A stretch of DNA of 64,000 nt from Candidatus Aminicenantes bacterium (lineage in GTDB: Bacteria > Acidobacteriota > Aminicenantia > Aminicenantales > JAFGAV01), in NCBI GenBank assembly GCA_963705895.1, contig OY970122.1, forward strand, positions 1,270,075 to 1,334,074, read 5' to 3'. The notes beneath the pieces were generated by a model. It was not told where the DNA came from. It saw nothing but the letters and a program-made list of their open reading frames with translations, and did not search any database. The translations under genes were made by a program, and so were the position numbers. Within the stretch, counting starts at the first letter, position 1. Every line of letters starts with the position of its first letter. This document shows positions 1 through 7,209 of the stretch, piece by piece.

Positions 1-333
1 GGAAAGGTCGCCCTCCAAAAGCCAATCGACGCCTGCAAAGAGGCGTACTAAGTCGTTCTTGCGTATGCCCTTGCCCCTCGGTTGCTCATGAAGAATTGTT
101 TGGAGAACGACAATTCTTCCCCCCATCTCGGGGACAAAGACTGCATCGAGGCCTTTTTCCTGATTGCCGTCAACTATTGAATCAATAGCCTCGGGTTCCG
201 AAATATCAACTTCCGAAAGGTGAAGTAGGACCCACGCCGTGAACGCACGCTGCTTAGTGCGCAATTCTGGGTGGCTTTGCAGGAGCTCTGATAACTGCGT
301 GTCTATGAAGCTCATAAGATCGTCAGCTGGCAT
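1..333 (-). CDS. AIPR-like abortive-infection protein, N-terminal 111 codons (gene continues past left edge)
   Basis: Open frame from ATG at 333 (AGGAG 7 nt upstream) to the window edge: MPADDLMSFIDTQLSELLQSHPELRTKQRAFTAWVLLHLSEVDISEPEAIDSIVDGNQEKGLDAVFVPEMGGRIVVLQT... The AF-x-x-WVL ... DG-x4-G-x-D-x-x-F ... hydrophobic-Q layout resembles N-termini of AIPR-family Abi proteins as I remember them. Absent from the ORF track because it is truncated. Confidence 0.4.
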   Translation of the reverse strand, partial: MPADDLMSFIDTQLSELLQSHPELRTKQRAFTAWVLLHLSEVDISEPEAIDSIVDGNQEKGLDAVFVPEMGGRIVVLQTILHEQPRGKGIRKNDLVRLFAGVDWLLEGDLS

Positions 334-447
334 TAGATTCTCCTGATGATCAAGCCTCGAACCTGCACACAGCCGCAGCGGCCTTGGTACCCCGAAGCGG
401 TGCAGAGCAACTGTCGCGGGCGGCCGCCTGCACGAACAGGTTGCATA

Positions 448-792
448 TTAAGTTTGCTGAAGCTTAAAGCGATTGCCATCTATGAGTGTCAATTGGAACT
501 TTGGCGCTACTCTGGAAACCCAGGGTGCAAAACCGCGTCGAATAAGCCATCGCCCAAAATCACGGCTAATCAATTCACGACACGAATTGTCCCAAAACGA
601 ACGCTTCGCGATATTTACCCTGACATCTCCATCCGTTTCGGGCAGCAATATAACCACTGTAGACCAAGACTTCAGAAAATAACGATCCCGATCCGACGCG
701 CGTATTTTGAAGCCATAACCCCCGCCCGTCGGGAGGTGCCTGCCATTGTTCCAGGCAGTTATTTCAATTGTGCTTTGCATATAATAGAACAT
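448..792 (-). CDS. hypothetical small basic protein (114 aa), directly upstream of the AIPR-like gene
   Basis: Only long ORF on this strand. Non-repetitive Trp/Arg-rich sequence (YGFKIRASDRDRYF ... SFWDNSCRELISRDFGRWLIRRGFAPW). No family recognised. Start M1 or M5 unresolved and no clear SD. Confidence 0.45.
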   Translation of the reverse strand: MFYYMQSTIEITAWNNGRHLPTGGGYGFKIRASDRDRYFLKSWSTVVILLPETDGDVRVNIAKRSFWDNSCRELISRDFGRWLIRRGFAPWVSRVAPKFQLTLIDGNRFKLQQT

Positions 793-1137
793 TACTTTGC
801 GGTTCAGCTATCACGTTCCCACGCGTCAATTGATGCTCTCGTCAGAATGATTCAGTTTTCCCCTTGAAAACGAGAGCATAAGACTTGCCTACCCAAAAAA
901 GTGATCAAATAATAACCCGCCAATTTTCCCCTGATCATGATCGGATGCTAACTCCGACGGGGCGGAAATGTCAAGAAAAGCAAGAAAGGATACCGGAAGT
1001 GAGGTGCCGCCAAAGTCCTTCCCGGAATGCCTCGGGACTCGTTTTTGAATCGGGATCGCAAAAGCGTTTTATCGAAATAAGTGATTGCATACTAAAGTCT
1101 GTGGTCTTCCTCATCCGGTCAAGATATTCTTTCTGAT

Positions 1138-1338
1138 GTGCTGGGAGAAGAGATCCGCAAGGCCCGACTGAGACGTGGACTATCTCAAGAGGCACTCGCT
1201 GATAAGGCGAGGCTGCATCGAACTTATATAAGCCTGCTTGAACGGAACAAGAAATCCCCCACGATTGTGACTCTGATGAGAATCTGCAGGGCTCTTGGAG
1301 TATCGGCCTCTACCATTATCAAAAAAATCGAAGGATGA
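1138..1338 (+). CDS. XRE-family HTH controller (C) protein of the R-M system
   Basis: 66 aa with a GTG start. EIRKARLRRGLSQEALADKARLHRTYISLLERNKKSPTIVTLMRICRALG is a classic HTH_3 pattern. The stop lies 5 nt before the endonuclease ATG. Confidence 0.8.
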   Translation: MLGEEIRKARLRRGLSQEALADKARLHRTYISLLERNKKSPTIVTLMRICRALGVSASTIIKKIEG

Positions 1339-1342
1339 CGCT

Positions 1343-1969
1343 ATGAAAATTGTCGAACTTTGCGACATCCTTGCCAAAGGAAAATTTCCAGATTCAAAGG
1401 AATGGAAAAAGGCCTGCGCAAACGTCGAAGAGGCAATCATCGCGACCGACTGGCCCCATGGAACAGGAAAGTTCACCATCTATCCTGAAAGCGGGAAAAA
1501 AACGGGTGAAGGCAACGGTGTATTGCCCATCAAGGACCCATGCATTGCTAGGCTAAGAGATCTAGGGTGGGAAACCGAGAAGCTTCCCAAAATAGAAGAT
1601 GGAGTGCTTCGGACAGGGGACCTTGATGCCATCTACAGATCTAAGGCTGGATATATTGGATTCGAATGGGAGACTGGCAATATATCCTCTAGCCACAGAG
1701 CGATCAACAAGCTTCTTTTAACTTTGCTTCGGGGTGATATTAAGGGGGGAATCCTCGCGGTGCCCAGCGACAAGCTAAAGATTTACCTCACCGATAGAAT
1801 CGGAAATATTAGCGAACTACGTCCTTATTTCCCGCTCTGGACCGCGATAAATATAAGAGAGGGTGCGCTGAGAATAGTAGTCGTTGAATACGATGCGACT
1901 AGCCGTTCTGTGAAAAAGATTCCGAAGGGAACTGATGGATGGGCAAAAGGCAAGCCCTATTCCACATAA
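1343..1969 (+). CDS. type II restriction endonuclease, BamHI family
   Basis: 208 aa. The blocks NGVLPIKDPCIARL, GDLDAIY, GFEWETGNISSSHRAINKLLLTLL, YLTDRIGNISELRPYF and IPKGTDGW align by eye with R.BamHI (GVVPIKELCYTLL, GPIDVY, GMEFETGNISSAHRSMNKLLLGL, YLTDRVTNFEELEPYF, IPKGSDGM). This includes the catalytic D ... E-x-E. Confidence 0.85.
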   Translation: MKIVELCDILAKGKFPDSKEWKKACANVEEAIIATDWPHGTGKFTIYPESGKKTGEGNGVLPIKDPCIARLRDLGWETEKLPKIEDGVLRTGDLDAIYRSKAGYIGFEWETGNISSSHRAINKLLLTLLRGDIKGGILAVPSDKLKIYLTDRIGNISELRPYFPLWTAINIREGALRIVVVEYDATSRSVKKIPKGTDGWAKGKPYST

Positions 1970-2870
1970 TCATTATTCGGGTGATAGTGCAGATTTCCGC
2001 TTTCAATTCTCTCAGCAATAACGTCGAGCTTTCTAGTTCAATTCCAACCCAGTGTCTGCCTTCATTCTCGCAAACATCGAACGTCGTCCCACTTCCCCCA
2101 AAAGGGTCGAGGACGATATCTCCCGGAACAGTTGAAATTTGAACCACACGAGATAGCAGTTTTGTCGACAGTTGATTAGCCCGCCGTTTTTTATTCTTGA
2201 ATTTCCAGTGGCGGACTGGGGGGATATCGTTCCAAATGTCGGTAAGATTTACTCCCAATGGGTTCATAGCATCCCTGTGCCCGCCATAATCCTTAATCTC
2301 TCCCCCGCAGTGCCTGCAGACTTCAATGGGAGTGCGAATTCTCCGGAACGTTTTGGCCTTACCCTTGGCAAAATAAAGGAGGCTATAGTGGGCGGGATAA
2401 AGGCGTCCTTGTATGGGCAAGCCAGCCTTGATATTAATCGCAATCCAATGACGAAATGTCAGGCCTAGTTCTAGGAGATAGGCACCAAACAATATATTCC
2501 ATTTGGGAAGGTTATAGATGAAAAACGCTCCGCCTTCTTTTAAGATCCTTGTGCATTCCAAAATCCAACTTTTGCAGAACTTGACATATTTCCCATCTGG
2601 CAAGTTATCATTGACTTTGCCCCCGTACTCCTTGCCCAAGTTAAAAGGTGGATCGGCAAATACCATATCAACTGTCTGATCTTTTAGATTCGGCAAGATT
2701 TTTAGGCAATCCCCCTTGAATAGCGCCCCAAGAGGAGTGTTAAGAACTGGCCTGACTTCGGAGTGAAAAAGTGGACGATAATCCCAAGGCGGACCGAATA
2801 TAAGTTTTCTCGGGATCATCATCGACTCACTCCTAGCGGATACTCTCTCGGTCATGAGCTCTAATTCCAC
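1899..2870 (-). CDS. DNA amino-methyltransferase (N4-C or N6-A, beta class), cognate MTase
   Basis: DPPFNLGKEY (motif IV) precedes DPFGGSGTT (motif I). It converges on the REase gene and overlaps its 3' end by 71 nt. Start among M1/M6/M17 unresolved. Confidence 0.85.
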   Translation of the reverse strand: MELELMTERVSARSESMMIPRKLIFGPPWDYRPLFHSEVRPVLNTPLGALFKGDCLKILPNLKDQTVDMVFADPPFNLGKEYGGKVNDNLPDGKYVKFCKSWILECTRILKEGGAFFIYNLPKWNILFGAYLLELGLTFRHWIAINIKAGLPIQGRLYPAHYSLLYFAKGKAKTFRRIRTPIEVCRHCGGEIKDYGGHRDAMNPLGVNLTDIWNDIPPVRHWKFKNKKRRANQLSTKLLSRVVQISTVPGDIVLDPFGGSGTTFDVCENEGRHWVGIELESSTLLLRELKAEICTITRIMIMWNRACLLPIHQFPSESFSQNG

Positions 2871-3359
2871 TGAAAAACTCAGAATTGAGTATAAGTCCTA
2901 AACATATTCTAGGCAATATCAAGCTTTTCCCAGTCTGTAAGGCAGCCACAGTATCGGAATCGCCTCTATTGCAAAGACGCTTCCCTTTCCTAGTCTTGCT
3001 CACAGATTTGGCGTCAAAAAGTCCTTAGGCAAAAAACTCTATGATCGCTGGAGATGGCATCGCAGACTGTGACCAAATTGTGACCGTCACAGGCATACCT
3101 CGGTATACTTTCGCATACCTACAGATACCTCGGGCTAAATTGTAAGTCTCTGATAAATCAGGCTATTACTTCAGAATGTAGAGGTTACGGGAATCGGTTC
3201 GCTGCATCCGGAGTCCGTCGCCTTACGAGAAACAGACTCTTCCGCGTGTGCAAGCCGTGGGGATACCACGGGGACAAAGATCGCCAAAAATTGCTCAGTT
3301 CGGATAACTCAGACCAAAAAAAATCAGGACAAGTGATTGAAACCTCAGAAAGGAAGAAG

Positions 3360-3395
3360 TGACCCGTCCAGGACTCGAACCTGGAACCCGCGGAT
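3360..3395 (-). repeat. tRNA 3'-end-like fragment (T-arm plus acceptor 3' strand), copy 1
   Basis: The reverse complement reads ATCCGCGGGTTCCAGGTTCGAGTCCTGGACGGGTCA. That gives a CCAGG/TTCGAGT/CCTGG T-arm followed by a 7-nt acceptor strand and discriminator A. No 5' half is present. It matches copy 2 at 32/36 positions. Confidence 0.6.
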
Positions 3396-3617
3396 GAGGA
3401 TCTGCTGATTCGGGCCGGAATATTCTATTTTGCTCCCGTGTCTCAAACTGAACGAAAATAGGACGCTCGCGGCCGAAGCCCCCAGAGGATGGCCTTTAGC
3501 GCTTGGCCAGGAGCCAAACCTCTCCTCCCGACGTCCGGTCTGTCCTACAAAGAGTTCTCTTCAAGGATTCTCCTTTCTGCGGGTTATTGCTTCTTGAAGC
3601 TGAATATCGTTCCCTTT

Positions 3618-4745
3618 TTATAGGCTCCATAGGCTCCGCCCCCGCTTGTCACCCCATAAAACGTAGAGACTGAGGCTATGAGGGGTCCCGAACGGCTCTT
3701 GACCATCCATTCCGTCGTTGAGAAAAGAGTGAAGGAGCATGAATTGCGTTCCATTTGTATTTATTTTGAATATGGTGCCAAGGCCGCCGGTACCGCCCAC
3801 GATGGTCATCCCATACAACGTAGAGCCTATGGCTTTGAGTGACCCATATGGACCGCTTCCATCCGTTGTGCCTCCCGCAAACGAATGAAGGCGCACGTAC
3901 CCCGTACCATCCGTTTTTATCTTGAATACGGTGCCATAAATACCAGCGCCGCCATTCAAGGTCATGCCATACAACGTGGAGTTTATCAATATCAATGATC
4001 CTTCCGGATCAGTCCCGTCTGCTGCGTTCGCGCCAAATGAACAAAGCAACGTAAAACCCGTTCCGTTCGTCTGCATTTTGAATACAGTGCCCGAGCCGTA
4101 GGCGCCGGCACCGAACGTCATTCCATACAACGTCGAGCTCATGGCTTTCAGGGAGCCCATTGGTGTTGCCCCATCCGTGGCGCCTCCGGCAAACGAATGT
4201 AGCACTTCGAAGCCCGTGCCGTTCGTCTGAATCTTGAATATCGTGCCACGGTTGCTGACGCCGCCACCGGGGGTCATCCCATAAAGCGTGCTCCCTATTC
4301 GTATCAATGAACCGCTTGGATTTTGCCCATCGGCTGCGCCTCCCGCGAACGAATAAAGCACTTGGAAGCCGGTGCCGTTTGTCTGGATCTTGAATATCGT
4401 GCCATTGTTGTTGACGCCGCCATATTCGGTCATACCATAGAGCCAGGGGGACGTGGAACCGCCGGAGACTAATGACCCGTATGCCACTCTTCCATCAGTG
4501 GTGCCTCCGGCAAACGCATGGAGAATCTTAAATCCCGTGCCATTTGTTTTGATTTTGTAGATCGTACCATAGCTGGAGGCGCCTCCCCATCGGGTCATTC
4601 CGTACAGCGTGGAACCTTTGAGTATGGGTGACTCAAAGGGGGAAGAAGAATCAGCAAATGAGTAAAGCACCTTGACTTGCGCCTGGAGAGATGCCACCAA
4701 GAACAAAAAAAGAAGAAAGACTCCGATGCACGACTTTTTGAACAT
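3618..4745 (-). CDS. secreted choice-of-anchor GloVer tandem-repeat protein (C-terminus frame-broken)
   Basis: Signal peptide MFKKSCIGVFLLFLFLVASLQAQV. About seven ~47-aa repeats of GSTLYGMT..GG....GTIFKI.TNGTGF.VLHSFAGG..DG..P.GSL. The last repeat continues in the +1 frame (PLIASVSTFYGVTSGGGAYGAYKKGTIFSFKKQ*, stop at 3584) after a G/C run near 3682-3690. Confidence 0.75.
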   Translation of the reverse strand: MFKKSCIGVFLLFLFLVASLQAQVKVLYSFADSSSPFESPILKGSTLYGMTRWGGASSYGTIYKIKTNGTGFKILHAFAGGTTDGRVAYGSLVSGGSTSPWLYGMTEYGGVNNNGTIFKIQTNGTGFQVLYSFAGGAADGQNPSGSLIRIGSTLYGMTPGGGVSNRGTIFKIQTNGTGFEVLHSFAGGATDGATPMGSLKAMSSTLYGMTFGAGAYGSGTVFKMQTNGTGFTLLCSFGANAADGTDPEGSLILINSTLYGMTLNGGAGIYGTVFKIKTDGTGYVRLHSFAGGTTDGSGPYGSLKAIGSTLYGMTIVGGTGGLGTIFKINTNGTQFMLLHSFLNDGMDGQEPFGTPHSLSLYVLWGDKRGRSLWSL

Positions 4746-4947
4746 GTTTTCCCTCCTCTTTTTTATTTTAAAGCATAGGGCAACCCGCTCGGCAATGTCA
4801 AGATTGCTTCATATCATATTATTCCGTGCCATCGCTATGTTCATAATCTTGATTTCATCCTTTTCAGCGATTCGAGGGCATTAATTTTATGGACAGGTGG
4901 AGGTATCCTGCCCTTCTGCGATCCATGGGCTAAATTCAAGAATGAAT

Positions 4948-4983
4948 TGACCCGCGCAGGACCCGAACCCGGAACCCGCGGAT
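4948..4983 (-). repeat. tRNA 3'-end-like fragment, copy 2 (degenerate)
   Basis: TGACCCGCGCAGGACCCGAACCCGGAACCCGCGGAT matches 3360-3395 at 32/36 positions. The T-stem no longer pairs perfectly. The upstream sequence cannot be folded into a D-arm or acceptor. Confidence 0.55.
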
Positions 4984-5156
4984 TAGTAATCCATTGTTCT
5001 AAATGCATACCTCTCCCCGTGTGCCCGCCGTGTGACACGGGCGTGCCAAAATCGATTGAAAAGCGCTGAAACTATGCTATCAGAATTGAAAGACAAAAAG
5101 GGGCTAAAGGATAACTAAACCTTGTGGAGTTGCTGAAAATCAAAGGATATTGGGAT

Positions 5157-5215
5157 TGCCGGAGGAGGGAATCGAACCCACACCCGAGTTGCCTCAGACT
5201 GGATTTTGAGTCCAG
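5157..5215 (-). repeat. displaced 3' part of tRNA-Leu (att direct repeat, distal copy)
   Basis: 59 nt identical to 14779-14837 except at two positions. It covers the discriminator through the 3' anticodon-stem strand, and identity is lost right after CTGGATTTTGAGTCCAG. Confidence 0.9.
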
Positions 5216-5227
5216 TCGCCCTAGTCG

Positions 5228-6306
5228 CTAATTGTTTATTTTAGAGTTAGTTAGGGAGGGATAGGCCGGCAACCTTTCGCCTTGCCTTTCGTGTTGAGCG
5301 GGTTTTTCGATCATATTCTCAACCGCGGCGAGCATGGCGTCGTTGCTCTGATGGTAGTACCGATTGTAGGTGAGGCTGATCGTCGAGTGCCCCAGGATCT
5401 TGGAGAGCAAAGCGACGTTCCCGCCGGCCTCGATGAACCTCGTCGCGAAGGTGTGCCTCAGGTCATGGAAACGAAAATTCTTAACCCGGGCCCGCTCGCA
5501 CGCCGCCTTGAAACCTCCGGTTATGTTCTCATAGGGCTCCCCCGAGCTCTTGCGAAAGATGAATCCCGCGGCCGGGGCAAGTTTGTGGATGAGTTCGAGA
5601 GCGACCGCGTTCATCGGAACCATGCGCGTCTTTTTGCTCTTTGAATTTTCGGCGGGGACTGTAATGACCCTGGCCGGGGAAGTTGAGGTGCTCACGCCTA
5701 AGGTTTTTAACTTCGCCGCAGCTGCAGCCCCGTGTTAAGTGCCAGGGTAATCATCGGCCTTAGATGGGGAGCCGCAGCTTCCAGGAGCCTCGCTTCCTCG
5801 TTCGGGTCCAGAACCCTAGCCCTCGTGTTATTCTCTTTCGTAAGTTCGATCTTTTTCAATGGGAAAAAGGCGAGTTTGTTCCAGTCGATCGCAACCCTGA
5901 GGATCGTCTTTAAGCAGGCAAGCTCCCTGTTCAGCGTTGCGATGGAGACCTGGGTTTTCCTCTCGAGTTTGTACTTCTCAATGAGCAGAAGCGAGATCTG
6001 CGAGAGCCGCCGCCGGCCAAAGAACGCTTCCAGACGAGCGATGGAAAACTCGTCCCGCTTCCAGGACCGCTTTTTCGGCTTAGCGTAAAGCTCGATGAAT
6101 TCCCTGGCAAAGTCCGGGAAGAACGGGTCCTCAACTTCGATGGCATAGGACTCCGGCTTATTGAGGAGCTCGACCCGCAGCCGGACCATCGCCTCTTTCG
6201 CCGCCTGCTTCGTCTCTCCCCCAAGGCGGATATACCGCTTCCCACGGAAAGAGAAATCGAAGTACCATTTTCCATCGACCAATTTTAGGTTGCGTTCTTT
6301 TTTCAT
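5228..6306 (-). pseudogene. tyrosine recombinase/integrase, interrupted by two 1-nt frame breaks
   Basis: The N-terminal ORF (MKKERNLKLVDGKWYFDFSFRGKRY ... ITLALNTGL) stops at 5707. The conserved GEVKNLRREHLNF segment lies in a second frame. The catalytic part (RVITVPAENSKSKKTRMVPMN ... HDLRHTFATRF ... LGHSTISLTYNRYYH) lies in a third frame. Deleting one nt near 5720-5727 and one G/C from the run at 5676-5679 restores a continuous integrase. Confidence 0.8.
5273..5298 (+). repeat. phased CCTTTCG repeat pair (CCTTTCGCCTTGCCTTTCGTGTTGAG), left arm
   Basis: Two CCTTTCG units 12 nt apart, 58 nt inside the left att repeat. Near-identical pairs occur at 14638-14663 (same orientation) and 11478-11504 (opposite strand). 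Confidence 0.55.
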
Positions 6307-6470
6307 CGCTTCCCCCCTTTTTTGTGTGCATCCAGCCACTCGACGATGGCCCGCCGGAGAATGGCGCTGTACGGAAGCAATTCAGCCCGGGCGATCACCT
6401 TGGCCTGCCGGATCGTGTCCGGGGAAAGCCGTAAAGGAATAATCTTCGTTTGGGGTTTTTTGCTTTTCAT
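6303..6470 (-). CDS. ribbon-helix-helix (CopG/Arc-like) DNA-binding protein, 55 aa
   Basis: MKSKKPQTKIIPLRLSPDTIRQAKVIARAELLPYSAILRRAIVEWLDAHKKGGKR shows the beta-strand plus two-helix RHH pattern. It has ATGA overlaps with both the upstream 57-aa gene and the integrase start. Below the ORF-track length cutoff. Confidence 0.6.
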   Translation of the reverse strand: MKSKKPQTKIIPLRLSPDTIRQAKVIARAELLPYSAILRRAIVEWLDAHKKGGKR

Positions 6471-6640
6471 GCGCCCTTTTTCTTTTTGTCCATGAGTTCG
6501 ATCCCGGCCATGACCTCATTCCAAAAGGTTCGCTTTTTGTTTTCGCCCATGCCTCGCGTCGCAACGGGAATCATGGCCGCTAGAATCTTGGGAGCCGCCT
6601 TCATTACCAGTTCCAGCTTTTCCGCTTTTGCTTTTCTCAT
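6467..6640 (-). CDS. hypothetical 57-aa protein, first gene of the integrase operon
   Basis: MRKAKAEKLELVMKAAPKILAAMIPVATRGMGENKKRTFWNEVMAGIELMDKKKKGA, with AGAGGAGAA SD upstream. The longer 118-aa track ORF would run through the promoter. Confidence 0.5.
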   Translation of the reverse strand: MRKAKAEKLELVMKAAPKILAAMIPVATRGMGENKKRTFWNEVMAGIELMDKKKKGA

Positions 6641-6668
6641 GTTCTCCTCTTTAATAATGTATAGAATA

Positions 6669-6696
6669 ATTATACACGGAAACATGAGCTTGTCAA
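6669..6696 (-). promoter_or_regulatory. sigma70-type promoter of the small-gene/RHH/integrase operon
   Basis: The minus strand reads TTGACA, a 16-nt spacer, then TATAAT, about 30 nt upstream of the ATG at 6640. Confidence 0.6.
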
Positions 6697-6865
6697 GCTC
6701 TTTTTCCTTCCCAGGCTTCGCTGTGAGCCACAATCTCCGGCCGCCGGTCTTAGGCACTCCCCGGCAAGGCGTTAAACGCCTGTATTTGGCCCCAGGAGGA
6801 GGCCGGACCGGGAGCATGACCATCTCCTCCCCCGGCCCGGCTATGAATCTCTCAGAGTCTAGTTT

Positions 6866-7204
6866 TCAACGCGGAATCAGTTCATTCTTCCCGTTGCCGG
6901 TCGGTCCGAGATATTCCCGGATCGTGTCCTGGTCCACTTCGGAAAGCGTCGAAAGGTCCCGAACCGGCGCTCCGTCCTTGTACACAAGAAGCCCGATATC
7001 CCCGTAGTGCACGAGCTCGACGCCGCCGGCCAGCTTTTCCCCCTCCAGGGGGCTCCGGCTTAGCAGCAGATCAAGAGACGCGATGGGTTCCTTTAGGGGA
7101 ATGAGATTATTCCCGAGCTGGGCCTCAAGGGATTCATCATCATCCCGCTCAGGGCTTGGGATAAGTTCGTTGTTCTTGGGGTCCAAGAGATTTTTTTCGC
7201 TCAT
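6866..7204 (-). CDS. hypothetical acidic protein (112 aa) with three N-E/N-L-I-P motifs
   Basis: MSEKNLLDPKNNELIPSP ... LGNNLIPLKE ... GNGKNELIPR*. Starts 6 nt after the stop of the upstream gene. No family recognised. Confidence 0.5.
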   Translation of the reverse strand: MSEKNLLDPKNNELIPSPERDDDESLEAQLGNNLIPLKEPIASLDLLLSRSPLEGEKLAGGVELVHYGDIGLLVYKDGAPVRDLSTLSEVDQDTIREYLGPTGNGKNELIPR

Positions 7205-7209
7205 GGCGC

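Noticed and set aside
1040-1137. C-box operator upstream of the controller gene
   Set aside because: Only weak partial symmetry (ACTAAAGTC ... GGTC) was seen, with no convincing GACT-N-AGTC pair. It is not reported as a feature.
4948-5035. Intact tRNA or pseudo-tRNA at the second T-arm fragment
   Set aside because: Upstream sequence gives no D-arm and no 5' acceptor strand complementary to GCGGGTC. The apparent anticodon loop would read ACT. It is treated as a 3' fragment only.
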